From positions 1 through 57,890 of IMG/VR virus record IMGVR_UViG_3300020156_000032: a stretch of 57,890 nucleotides of DNA; one strand, 5' to 3'. A program made the position numbers and the translations under genes. This DNA comes from a virus (lineage: Duplodnaviria > Caudoviricetes). Shown here piece by piece: positions 28,595-37,826 of the stretch; the first letter of the stretch is position 1; each line of letters begins with the position of its first letter. The notes below the pieces were generated by a model. That model made no database searches and had not been told where the DNA came from. It worked only from the letters and a program-made list of their open reading frames with translations.

Positions 28595-28912
28595 TTAGTG
28601 AGTATCTTCAGGACCTTGCGGTTCCTCGTACCGAGTCTCCATTGTGTAGGCCAGTTGAGATAAGAGGTCAGCATAATGACCGACCAACTCGTGACTGAAA
28701 TAGTCCTCTGTCTCGTACACCAGATTGAAGGAGTCTCCGTATGGCTCCAATCGTAGTGTCTGGTCCAGGTCCGCAAACGCCTTGAGCTTACGAACCTGAT
28801 TGAAAGTCTTTTTGAGAGACTTCTGATCAACGTCCACTGTGGACAAAGTTAAGGTAATCTTAATCGGTGTCATAATGACCCTTTCTTGACATTGCCGTGG
28901 GGTTTCCGCCAA
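28595..28912 (-). CDS. Hypothetical protein
   Basis: Tiled - strand operon; start may be ATG 28873. Confidence 0.5.
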   Translation of the reverse strand: MAETPRQCQERVIMTPIKITLTLSTVDVDQKSLKKTFNQVRKLKAFADLDQTLRLEPYGDSFNLVYETEDYFSHELVGHYADLLSQLAYTMETRYEEPQGPEDTH

Positions 28913-29130
28913 GGACGCTTCTTGGCTTCGAGTAGTCTCTTCTCTTCTGCCCTCGCAGCAGCCTTGATACTGGCCTCGTGCTGGTTGCAGAACCAGGGAC
29001 GACCACCATCGTCCCTAGGAGTGATCATGTTCGGACAGTTCTCCACAAAGCAAGGGTATGGAGTCTTGTCAATCTTCCGACTGTACTGCTCCCGTTGGAT
29101 CAACGGTCGCTTCTTGGGAGGGTGCCCCAC
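28870..29130 (-). CDS. Small Cys/His-containing hypothetical protein
   Basis: PCFVENCPN...WFCNQHE. Confidence 0.45.
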   Translation of the reverse strand: MGHPPKKRPLIQREQYSRKIDKTPYPCFVENCPNMITPRDDGGRPWFCNQHEASIKAAARAEEKRLLEAKKRPWRKPHGNVKKGSL

Positions 29131-29515
29131 AGATTGTCTCCTGATTGAGAGTTATCCAACTCGGTAAGGATACACCCTTACCACACAATGTGACCTCACA
29201 TCTACACCCCTTGGCGTGAAGTAGTAGAGGTCGCTGAACCTGTTCTTTGAAACAGGCCCGACAGAAATACTTGACTAGATGGGGTTTGGCGTTTAGGTAC
29301 TCTAACCATGACCACACATACCCATCCAATTCCCCACCACCAACGGTGAGGATATTAGACAACTGAGCCTTGCAGGTTGGACAAGACTTACGGGACGACT
29401 CATACCCTGCGATTGCTTGGTACGTCGTCCCATCCTCACGAGTCCGTTCTTCCCAGACAGTCTTGAGAAAGCTGGGCCGAAACCACTCGTTATGATTCCT
29501 GACTTTCGCCACCAA
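29069..29515 (-). CDS. Zinc-finger hypothetical protein
   Basis: CPTC...FCRAC...GCRC. Confidence 0.6.
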   Translation of the reverse strand: MVAKVRNHNEWFRPSFLKTVWEERTREDGTTYQAIAGYESSRKSCPTCKAQLSNILTVGGGELDGYVWSWLEYLNAKPHLVKYFCRACFKEQVQRPLLLHAKGCRCEVTLCGKGVSLPSWITLNQETICGAPSQEATVDPTGAVQSED

Positions 29516-30065
29516 ACTTCTCCTCTAAGAGTTCTTGGAATAGGATCGAACGCTCACTGGGTCCTGCCTTCTGCCACAGTACCTCCCAATCGTCCTTGTT
29601 GCGATTCTTGACCCCGTAGTGATGCCGCCACTCTGTGATGTAGGTGTCCTCCAGAGGTTCGAGAAGGTGCCAGACCATAGCATTGCTAGGGTCCTGTTCT
29701 TGAATGTACTTGACCACATCAGCCGGTGTCGTCTTAATAGCCAGCTGACCATCACACTGTACCAAGAAGCCACTAAACCTCAACTGACCAAAGTCGTCAA
29801 CCTCAAAACAACCTGAATCAGCCACCAAGGAATCAAACAACGCTGTCGAGATGCCTTGGTCCAGGGCGATCTGTTCCATGATCTGTCTGGCATAGTGCAA
29901 ACAATCTGAGTCGTCATACAGACCAGGACCCTCGAAGCCTTGACGACGCTGATTCTGGTTTTGTAGGTACTCTACCAGAAACCGCAGGACTACCTCAACA
30001 CCTGATTCCATCAGGAGGCGATACAACTCCTGAGACCACCACTTCTGCTTAGATGTCTTAGCCAT
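29490..30065 (-). CDS. Hypothetical protein
   Basis: Likely start MAKTSKQ at 30065 inside track ORF 29490-30224. Confidence 0.6.
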   Translation of the reverse strand: MAKTSKQKWWSQELYRLLMESGVEVVLRFLVEYLQNQNQRRQGFEGPGLYDDSDCLHYARQIMEQIALDQGISTALFDSLVADSGCFEVDDFGQLRFSGFLVQCDGQLAIKTTPADVVKYIQEQDPSNAMVWHLLEPLEDTYITEWRHHYGVKNRNKDDWEVLWQKAGPSERSILFQELLEEKFGGESQES

Positions 30066-30084
30066 TTTTTTGCAAAGCTCCATT

Positions 30085-30318
30085 CTAGGGACGATGATAG
30101 GAAACCGACCTGGCAAAGTCTCGCATGATAGCTTCCAGGTCGGACGTAAGACCTTCTTCCCCAAAGACGAGGAGGAAGGTGAATTGGTTAGGGAGTCCAT
30201 CATCAAGATGATGAATGAACTCACAATGTACGACGGTGGAATTGAGATCGCCCACTACCTTATTGGCAGCGAACAGATTGTACCCATCCACCGTCACACT
30301 CACTTGTTTGACCTTCAT
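30085..30318 (-). CDS. Hypothetical protein
   Basis: Tiled - strand operon. Confidence 0.5.
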   Translation of the reverse strand: MKVKQVSVTVDGYNLFAANKVVGDLNSTVVHCEFIHHLDDGLPNQFTFLLVFGEEGLTSDLEAIMRDFARSVSYHRP

Positions 30319-30324
30319 GGCCGT

Positions 30325-30522
30325 CTAGCCCTTAATCGTGACTTCCGACTTGCACAACAGATTGACGAAACTGGTCATGCGGTTGATGGCAGCCACCAAT
30401 CCTCCCAACCGTTCGCGTTCAGGAGTATTGATTGCGGAGGCTTTGACCTGACGATCCACTTCCTTCGTCAGGAGTTCGACATCTTCTTTCAACTGCATGA
30501 TTTGAGCTACCGAAATCTTCAT
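30325..30522 (-). CDS. Small hypothetical protein
   Basis: GGAG SD; tiled. Confidence 0.6.
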   Translation of the reverse strand: MKISVAQIMQLKEDVELLTKEVDRQVKASAINTPERERLGGLVAAINRMTSFVNLLCKSEVTIKG

Positions 30523-30827
30523 GATACATTCTCCAAGGTAAGGTTAAGATTGCCAACCAACGAACTTGTCTGTCAACCTCTCTTTCTGAATGCAATAGTC
30601 GGCCCCGAGTCAGATCACCCTCACGGTCCCATTGGGTTAGACGCTTTATCAGGTCGTGCGTGAAGTCAAGGGAATACCGTACTTGTCTGGAATCAGTAGG
30701 CCAGAACCTAGAGCTACAAGCTCTCCATATAATCTTATTCGGGTTTCCCGTGTCTGCTGTAGCGGACTACTATCACCGTCCTATTGGATAGGTGTTGGTT
30801 ATGAAATGGGTTAATAAACTCCTAGGG

Positions 30828-31520
30828 TTACTCTTCTTCCTTCTCTTCTGTCGGGTTTTCAGGATAGACCCAACCTTCAGGCTCTTCCTTCCACTTGTAC
30901 ATTCGATCACTATCCCCGTGATCAGCCTCGATCTCCCGCCACCCCATCTCCTTGAGCGTCTGGATGAACCTCACTTCCACTTCTTCTACCGTCTTACAGC
31001 TAGGTAAAACCTCTTCCACTAAGGCACAGGCAGCCTTATACTCAGGAGTAGGCTTGAACGAATCCCAATAGGTCTCTTGGATTCGCGATCCCAAATAGGG
31101 AGGTATCTCATACCCTTCCGTAGACGTCCATAGGATGCACCCGTGATAGTCTGCATAGACATCCGAAAGTTCCCAGCCACTATCTGTGGGAGACCAAATG
31201 AACCCTTCATTCGGAGTGTCCGTGTACCAACTCTCTGGACTCGGATGCGGTGGCCAGAGTACGATACCTATCGTCCCCTCATTCGGATTCGGACAGCCCT
31301 CAACCGCGTGATGTCCAGCACAGTTCGTACAAGTCAAATTTTCCTCACAAACTTCCGTAATGAGGAAAGAGAAATTCCAACTTGGTAAAGTATCCCGCAA
31401 AAGAATCTTGCGAAGTTCCTCTTCCGATGGAGCGCGAGTAATTCCCGCAATATGGGAAATCTCCATCTTTCCCTCTTCATTCGTGCGAGTACCCAACATC
31501 GAGTAAGAAAATGTCTTCAT
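30828..31520 (-). CDS. Acidic hypothetical protein
   Basis: GGAG SD; CTNCAGHH motif. Confidence 0.65.
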   Translation of the reverse strand: MKTFSYSMLGTRTNEEGKMEISHIAGITRAPSEEELRKILLRDTLPSWNFSFLITEVCEENLTCTNCAGHHAVEGCPNPNEGTIGIVLWPPHPSPESWYTDTPNEGFIWSPTDSGWELSDVYADYHGCILWTSTEGYEIPPYLGSRIQETYWDSFKPTPEYKAACALVEEVLPSCKTVEEVEVRFIQTLKEMGWREIEADHGDSDRMYKWKEEPEGWVYPENPTEEKEEE

Positions 31521-31625
31521 ACTTCGATTCTCCAGATTGTTCGAGTTGAGAAAAACTACCGTAGGCGTTCAAAATACTCGGTACGGTAGAGCTTAGGACT
31601 CCGAGTGACCCGTCCTCCTGACTAT

Positions 31626-32012
31626 TTATTGGTTGCCGAAAGCCTTACGGAAGACTTGCTCCAGCCCCTCTTCCAGCCCTTTCGTGACGTCAACCATCCG
31701 CTTGAAGTCCGCAATGAACTCCATCAAGATGTCACCTTCAAAGTACGACAGGCTATCAGCCTGCGACATCATATATGTGATCTGCTCCTTGTTGTGATCG
31801 TTGAGGTGCTTCCCGAGGTCCTGCAATGCCTCCTGGACAGAAAGGTTCAAGCGACGCCAATCCCCTTCTGTAAAGCACGACTTCCAGTTGACGTAGTTAG
31901 GGCAGCGACTCGTATCCCCCTGGTGCCGCAGCTGAAGATGTTCTGTCATCTCTTCACGAGCCTTGTTCAGGACTTCAAACAGGGAAGGTTGCGACTTGAT
32001 CATCTGAAACAT
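31626..32012 (-). CDS. Hypothetical protein
   Basis: GGAG SD near 32014; start ATG 32012 or 32003. Confidence 0.6.
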   Translation of the reverse strand: MFQMIKSQPSLFEVLNKAREEMTEHLQLRHQGDTSRCPNYVNWKSCFTEGDWRRLNLSVQEALQDLGKHLNDHNKEQITYMMSQADSLSYFEGDILMEFIADFKRMVDVTKGLEEGLEQVFRKAFGNQ

Positions 32013-32031
32013 TCTCCATAAAGATGTTGAG

Positions 32032-32070
32032 AAAAGAAAGGACCCAGAGGCCACGTGTACCTCTGGGTCT
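32032..32070 (-). terminator. Intrinsic terminator (- strand)
   Basis: GACCCAGAGG/CCTCTGGGTC stem followed on - strand by CTTTCTTTT. Confidence 0.7.
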
Positions 32071-32089
32071 CATTCTACTACCGAGTTGA

Positions 32090-32509
32090 CTACTTCTTCG
32101 CCTTGCGAGGCGGAGCCTTAGTCTTGACCGTCTTCTCTTCCTTGGACTCCTTCTTCGCCTTCGGCGGCGGAACATCCTTTACCGGGCGGAAGGCAGGCAA
32201 GCGATACTCGCCTTCCAGAACATCCCCCTGACCGTGGCCGTGGAGGTTGTTGTTGTAATAGCTCCGATAAGCGGAAATCTTCTGGAACTTGGTCCGCTTC
32301 GGGAACTCAGCCCGCATAGCAGCGTCCAACTCCTCATCCGTCATCTGGTTCTCGAAGTTGTTGTAGAACAACTCGTTGAGAAACTTAGTGAGGTTGAGGC
32401 CATTGGCCACCCCAATCTCCAGACCGTCACGCTCGGCCTTAGCCTCACTCTTATCGTGGATGTTCCACTTAGACGGGAGGGGATAACCTCCAGATGCCTT
32501 CTTAGCCAT
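32090..32509 (-). CDS. Uncharacterised protein, paralog of 57038-57538
   Basis: AAGGAG SD before ATG 32509; shares AERDG, LT.F.NEL, AEFPKR, AYRSY, HGH with 57038 ORF. Confidence 0.8.
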   Translation of the reverse strand: MAKKASGGYPLPSKWNIHDKSEAKAERDGLEIGVANGLNLTKFLNELFYNNFENQMTDEELDAAMRAEFPKRTKFQKISAYRSYYNNNLHGHGQGDVLEGEYRLPAFRPVKDVPPPKAKKESKEEKTVKTKAPPRKAKK

Positions 32510-33350
32510 GACTGACTCCTTGATTACGGGGGCTATCTCCCCCAAAGAAACCCCCTAGGTCTGTAGAACGCTCTACAGCCCGTTAGGGGGCAGCGTATAG
32601 TATTAACGTATAGCGGGGCTTTACGCCCGCCAAACCGACCAACTTAGACATCACACTCCGGTCTCACACCCCCGGTGTCTAATTCTCGTTGTTACATGGT
32701 TTCTCCCATACCCCTCGATAGGTTTGCCTAGCGGAATCTCATCCTCCTGATTCGGTCCACAACCCCTAAGCAAAGTTGATAGCTCTAGTCCCCTTACCTT
32801 TCAGGCCCCACATCTGGGCTGTGTTTCCGTTGCTTCCAGTTTGCCAGTTTACTTCCTGGGGAGGCCAGCCTTGCGACTGCTTGCGGGAGACTTGCTCCCC
32901 TCCTTACTTAGCTCTGGACGTCCTAGTAGAACCGTATCTACTAGAACCCGTACACCCTGGACCTCACGTACTTACCCTACTAGGCTAGTAGCGGGCGACG
33001 CACTATCCGACAGTAATCAAGTTGTCAAAGAGCGAAACTGGATTCAAGACCCAGGAGCCGGTTATTAGCCCTTGGAGGGGCGGGCGGGGTCTCGGAGGAC
33101 CGCTCTCGCCTAACTAGCTACTACTAATATCGCCTACCGGGCCGCTCTAAGCAAGCCCTAAGATCGCTCTTTTTTGCTGATCTAACAAAATAGCCCTAAC
33201 CCCTTACCCGCTAAGGGGTTAAGGCGGTTAGGGCGATCTAACCCCACATCTAGGGGGCTCGATTAAAACGGTCGGAGCCAGCTAGGCAGTAGAGACAATC
33301 CCAAAAGAATTAAGAAACCTCCACAGCAAAACAGTCCTAGTATCTCCATG

Positions 33351-34823
33351 TTACGGATGCTCCAGCACGAGGTGTTCCATTGTGGTCTCCCACTCTTGAT
33401 CGTCAGAGTGGCTACGCAGGGTAACGTGCTTCTTATCATCAGCCACGTTCACGATCTCCCCAAACCAATACTCATCGGCCAATTCTGTGACCCAGGCCGT
33501 GTCTCCAACAGCCCATTTCTTCCCCTTCTTGGAGCCCTTGGTCCCCTTGCCGATTGACCTCTTGGCCTTTACCGGCTTGTCTTCGACCTCATCGTCCTCC
33601 TCATCCTGGGAAGAACGCTCAACATCCAGTCCACCAAGGCGATGTTCTTCAATCACCTTGTACTCATCGTTCCGCTCCAAACGTAACTTGGAGGTCGAGG
33701 TCTTCTTACCATCGACCCACATGTTGTACGCCTTGACCACAGTGTTGACGATCTCATCCCGAGCAGAACCACTCGCAGCTTCGATGTCCCCAATGATGTC
33801 CTTGCAGCATTGGATTGGATCATCCGACTTCAAGTTCCCGCTGTAGAACAGCGACCAGAACTCACAAGCCGTTTTCCAGTTGCTCATGTCTACAGCCCCA
33901 GCACCTTCCTCTTCATAGGCGTCTGGGTCCGTACCACTCGCAGCCATCAGGTACAAGAGGGCCGCAGCGTAGGCTGGCTGGATATACTTGCTGGAGCCCT
34001 TCTTGCTCTCCAGGTCGATATACTCCACAGCCTGCTTGATCTGAGGATGGTTCTCCAAGAACTCCAGACCTTCAGAATGGGGAAAGTGTTTAGCATCGCT
34101 GACCTTCTTCCCACCAGACCGAATCCAGACCAAGCGTACTGCTCCGGCGAGGATGTTGGACAACTGCTGGAGCTTCTTCTTGTCCACCGTGTCCCCTTCA
34201 AACCTCTTGTCACGATAGAACACATCCCCCAAAGAACGCTTCTGGCCGATGTCCAATGTGTCCACCGTATCAGCCTCAGCCTCGATGCCGTACACGACGA
34301 TCATAGGGGCTGTGACCTCATCCACCAGGCCATAGTCATTGGCCCACTTCTCTGGGTTGGCAATGCGGAGTTGCTCTGCCAAGATCAAACCGACCAATCG
34401 ATGCTGTCCTGATTGGATGCAGTCGTACTTGTCGATGATGATCGTCTCACCATTCATCTTCCACTTGCCACGAATGAATTCGCTGGCGTACCTCCGAGCA
34501 AAGCTGATGCGGAATGGTCGATTGGTTGGATTCTTGAGACACTTGAACTTCTTCTTATTGAAGCCAGTCCCCATTGCCTCATCCGCTGACCACTCCACAC
34601 CCTCTGGCTCCTCTTCCCAGCCAAGAAGCTCCTTGGCAATCTCCACGGTCATGGGCTTATCCTCTGGATACAGCTTGACATGGACCTTGTTGTGAACCAA
34701 CTCGAACTGACGCTGGCGTTCCTCCTGGACCAACCGCTTCTTGCGTTGGGTGGGAGTTTCCCGCTTGACCTCTTTCGGCGTAACCTTACGGGGAGCCGGA
34801 CGATTCTTAGTTGCAGTAGCCAT
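33351..34823 (-). CDS. ParB-N / DGQHR-like protein with acidic linker and C-terminal SH3/Tudor-like barrel
   Basis: NR...GKWKMNGETII...SGQHRL...D.GQKRS.GD; AGGAG SD. Confidence 0.7.
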   Translation of the reverse strand: MATATKNRPAPRKVTPKEVKRETPTQRKKRLVQEERQRQFELVHNKVHVKLYPEDKPMTVEIAKELLGWEEEPEGVEWSADEAMGTGFNKKKFKCLKNPTNRPFRISFARRYASEFIRGKWKMNGETIIIDKYDCIQSGQHRLVGLILAEQLRIANPEKWANDYGLVDEVTAPMIVVYGIEAEADTVDTLDIGQKRSLGDVFYRDKRFEGDTVDKKKLQQLSNILAGAVRLVWIRSGGKKVSDAKHFPHSEGLEFLENHPQIKQAVEYIDLESKKGSSKYIQPAYAAALLYLMAASGTDPDAYEEEGAGAVDMSNWKTACEFWSLFYSGNLKSDDPIQCCKDIIGDIEAASGSARDEIVNTVVKAYNMWVDGKKTSTSKLRLERNDEYKVIEEHRLGGLDVERSSQDEEDDEVEDKPVKAKRSIGKGTKGSKKGKKWAVGDTAWVTELADEYWFGEIVNVADDKKHVTLRSHSDDQEWETTMEHLVLEHP

Positions 34824-35062
34824 CGCTAATAAACTCCTGAAAACGGGGGTTAGGTAAACTCGTCCTCACTTGTACTGCTAGGACCATCCTAGCTTATTTA
34901 GTTTGGGACCTCACTTCCAGTTGTCCTACTGCTTCTCATACAGTAGAGCAAAATGCCTCTTCTCTGCCCGAACGGTAACTAGCAAGGGTAGCTACCGTTA
35001 TTGACCTCAACATCCCTAGAACACCTGGCCATCGGTCCTAGGGACCACTAACCTTTGCGACC

Positions 35063-35302
35063 TCACTTTCGTTTCTGTCGCGACGGGCTAGTGTTTCTGA
35101 TCACTGGCTCTCGACCCTCCTTTCTTGTGATTGTCTTCTTCGGAACCTTCTTGACAGGGAGAGGCATCACCTCGAAATCTTCAAGCAGATCATCGAAATG
35201 AAATCCCGCCTCCTCCCTGGTCCCAGCCACCCCGACTGCTCCTGCCAGAGCAATCTCCCTGAATGACCCTTCCAGTCCCGCAGTTGACACAACCATCACC
35301 AT
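35063..35302 (-). CDS. Small hypothetical protein
   Basis: GGAGG SD. Confidence 0.5.
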   Translation of the reverse strand: MVMVVSTAGLEGSFREIALAGAVGVAGTREEAGFHFDDLLEDFEVMPLPVKKVPKKTITRKEGREPVIRNTSPSRQKRK

Positions 35303-35674
35303 CTGGACCTCCCTTCCACCTCTTACACCCTTCCGCCCCTAAGTGGTACGACCTCTTAGAGGTTCCTTGGCCACCCAGCCCCATCATTGAGGTCACAGGT
35401 CCACTCTCCCAGACTCTAGGTTAGTGGGGTCTACCTAAACCGGCCATACGTTAATACTATACTAAAACCCGCTGCGACGCAACACTAGAGGTGCCGCCAT
35501 TTAGCCCCCTATTAGGCCAATATAATAGTATACCCCATTTTACCCCCCTTTCGGTTAATTTCCGCCGCTGCCCGCTCGCTAAGCCCCATTTAGCCCCCTA
35601 TTCTGCCCTAGAACGAACCCGGAATTGCCATAACCCCTTATGCCCCATACACTTAGGAAAATTCCTAAAATCCC

Positions 35675-35704
35675 TTGCACCAAGAGTCCTATCTAGCCTA
35701 TATT
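35675..35704 (+). promoter_or_regulatory. Sigma70-like promoter (TTGCAC-18-TATATT)
   Basis: Consensus match at the divergence point between - and + gene blocks. Confidence 0.55.
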
Positions 35705-35711
35705 TCACTTG

Positions 35712-36078
35712 TCGGTTGTAGGTGCCCAGGTAGCCAGTTCGGTTTGACTTTGTACTCGTGATCAAACTGGACAAGCCACCTAGCACGCTGCAACAAGATG
35801 TAAGACCCAAGAGGTCAAAGTGGTGCCTAGCACCCCCAGACATCAATAACACTGTAGGAAGGAGACTGCGTATGAAGTAATGCCTACGAGAGACATACAT
35901 TCGTTGAGAACGAGTCGTAGTTGAGAGGTCAAACACAGCAACCCACACACAACGTCCACTAGGACCCACGTTCACCTGGGCAGGGAGAGCCTACTATACT
36001 CCAAGTCAAGAACGTGCAACTCTCCTGGACATAAAGGCTTGCCTACATGATGTAGCACACTCTCAACTACGACTTTTT
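35712..36078 (+). ncRNA. Candidate large structured ncRNA (~365 nt)
   Basis: Perfect 15 bp stem 35913-35927/36060-36074 then T run; long hairpin 35715-35792; crossing pairings 35967-35973/36010-36016 and 35981-35989/36020-36027; no credible + strand ORF. Confidence 0.6.
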
Positions 36079-36108
36079 ACAAACCTCTAATATAAGGATA
36101 TAGTAACA

Positions 36109-36408
36109 CTGGCCGAGATACTCCAGTCTTACGACCCGCCCACGGTTGGTCGGAAACCTCAGTACCCTTGGGATGAGTGGCTGGATGGCCGCAAGCGTCG
36201 ATTAACCCAAGGTGAAGACTTCCATTGCGAGATCAACTCGATGGCTCGTCTTATCCGTAGAACAGTCACGAAGAAACGCCAGCAAGGATCAACGCTGGAG
36301 TCCGTGACAGTCCATGTCGAGGCCAATGCTCTCGTCGTGGAAGCTGTACTCTCCCCAAAGAATCGCAAGGGCCGGAACTGCCCTAAGACCAACAAACAGA
36401 AAGGATGA
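36109..36408 (+). CDS. Small basic protein with CTG start (absent from ORF track)
   Basis: AAGGA SD 36094-36098; (M)AEILQSYDPPTVGRKPQYPWDEWLDG...QGEDF...KG stop; fills gap to next gene. Confidence 0.65.
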   Translation: MAEILQSYDPPTVGRKPQYPWDEWLDGRKRRLTQGEDFHCEINSMARLIRRTVTKKRQQGSTLESVTVHVEANALVVEAVLSPKNRKGRNCPKTNKQKG

Positions 36409-36412
36409 TCTG

Positions 36413-36778
36413 ATGTCATTTCGGTGCGAATGCTGTGGACGAGCCACACCCCCTGGAGCCAAGCAATACCTGCGAGAGGTCAACCTAGGCACCAAAGAAG
36501 TACCTGTCTTCAAACCTTCCCCAGTAAAGCCTCACAGGCTCAACCTCCAAACGGTTGAACTGATGCTCCACACCACTTCGGTCGTGACGCATCAGAAAGT
36601 CTGTGACGTCTGCAATGAGGGGTCCAAGATGGGAATGCCTGATGACATTCTCAAGAAGATGAAAGGGCGACCTCGCAGTAACTCTCCCCTAGGAAAGCAG
36701 ATCGCTGCTCTTAGGGCTCCACAGGTTGTGGCTCCTCCACCACGACGCCGAAAACCTCAGCCTCTAAAGCGTGTCTAG
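36413..36778 (+). CDS. Zinc-finger hypothetical protein
   Basis: FRCECCG...VCDVC; AAGGA SD supports ATG 36413. Confidence 0.65.
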   Translation: MSFRCECCGRATPPGAKQYLREVNLGTKEVPVFKPSPVKPHRLNLQTVELMLHTTSVVTHQKVCDVCNEGSKMGMPDDILKKMKGRPRSNSPLGKQIAALRAPQVVAPPPRRRKPQPLKRV

Positions 36779-37232
36779 TAATCAATGGAAGGAAGCAGAA
36801 CGTAGAGTTGCTGCTTTCTTCGCCGCCAACCGTCGCCCTCTCTCTGGCTCCAACTCTGGAGAGGGAGAGGGCGATGATGCTCGGCATGAGGAATTGTACC
36901 TAGAGTCCAAATACTCCAAGTACATCCCGATAATGCGTCTCTACAGGGAATGTAGAGAAAAGTGCAGCAAGGAATCTAAGGTTCGTGCTGCGAAAGGTAA
37001 ATCTCCCCGCATTCCAGTCATAGCTCTGCAAGAGAAGAACTTGCCTGGAATACTCTTGTGTCTCCACTCTAACGACTTGCCAGAGTTTCTACGCATATAC
37101 GCAAACTTACATGGATTCGAGGTCATTGAACGACCTGAAAACCGTAAGGCGTGGAAACGAGTCAAGTCGGATAAGAAGATGGACCCTAACTATCGCCCTC
37201 GCAAAAAACCACCTCAACCCCGCAAACGATGA
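36771..37232 (+). CDS. Holliday junction resolvase-like PD-(D/E)XK nuclease
   Basis: WKEAERRVA...PLSG...GDD...LESKY. Confidence 0.7.
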   Translation: MSSNQWKEAERRVAAFFAANRRPLSGSNSGEGEGDDARHEELYLESKYSKYIPIMRLYRECREKCSKESKVRAAKGKSPRIPVIALQEKNLPGILLCLHSNDLPEFLRIYANLHGFEVIERPENRKAWKRVKSDKKMDPNYRPRKKPPQPRKR

Positions 37233-37825
37233 GCCTAACCTTATCGCCTCCGGTGAGGTCAAGCTATGCCTTGCTCCAAGATCATTGGAACAAATGCACA
37301 CGCTGTCCTCTCCATGAGTCCCGTCGTCGAGTTGTCCATGCCAGGGGAACTCTACCCTGCACGGTATTGTTTATTGGTGAGGCCCCCGGTGAATCAGAGG
37401 ATAGTCTCGGCAAGCCCTTCATCGGACCTGCCGGTAAGCTATTCGATGAGATCATTGCTGAGGTCGTCACCAACCTGGGCAAACCCTTCACCTACGCTCT
37501 AGTCAACCTCGTCGGTTGTTGGCCAAAGGTGGAGGTCGAGCTTAGTTCTGGTGAGACCCGTCAACCTACCAAGGATGAGATTCAGAAGTGCCAACCCCAC
37601 TTGATTGAACTGATCCGCTTGGCTCGACCTAAACTGATCGTCACCTTGGGAGACCTTGCCCGCAGGAACCTACCTCGTAACACCGGCATAAACAATAAAA
37701 TCCGGGAAGCGAGCCTGATCCACCCCGCCAATATCCTGCACAGAGACAACCCCTCTGCCCAGGAACTAGACTTCAAGCGTAGCGTCCTCACTCTCACCCA
37801 ACACATCCGAGCCTTGGAGTCCTAG
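37229..37825 (+). CDS. Uracil-DNA glycosylase family 4 (SPO1 polymerase N-domain-like)
   Basis: CTRCPL, FIGEAPG.SED..GKPFIGPAG, NLVGCWP, EIQKC, HPA. Confidence 0.88.
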   Translation: MSLTLSPPVRSSYALLQDHWNKCTRCPLHESRRRVVHARGTLPCTVLFIGEAPGESEDSLGKPFIGPAGKLFDEIIAEVVTNLGKPFTYALVNLVGCWPKVEVELSSGETRQPTKDEIQKCQPHLIELIRLARPKLIVTLGDLARRNLPRNTGINNKIREASLIHPANILHRDNPSAQELDFKRSVLTLTQHIRALES

Positions 37826-37826
37826 A

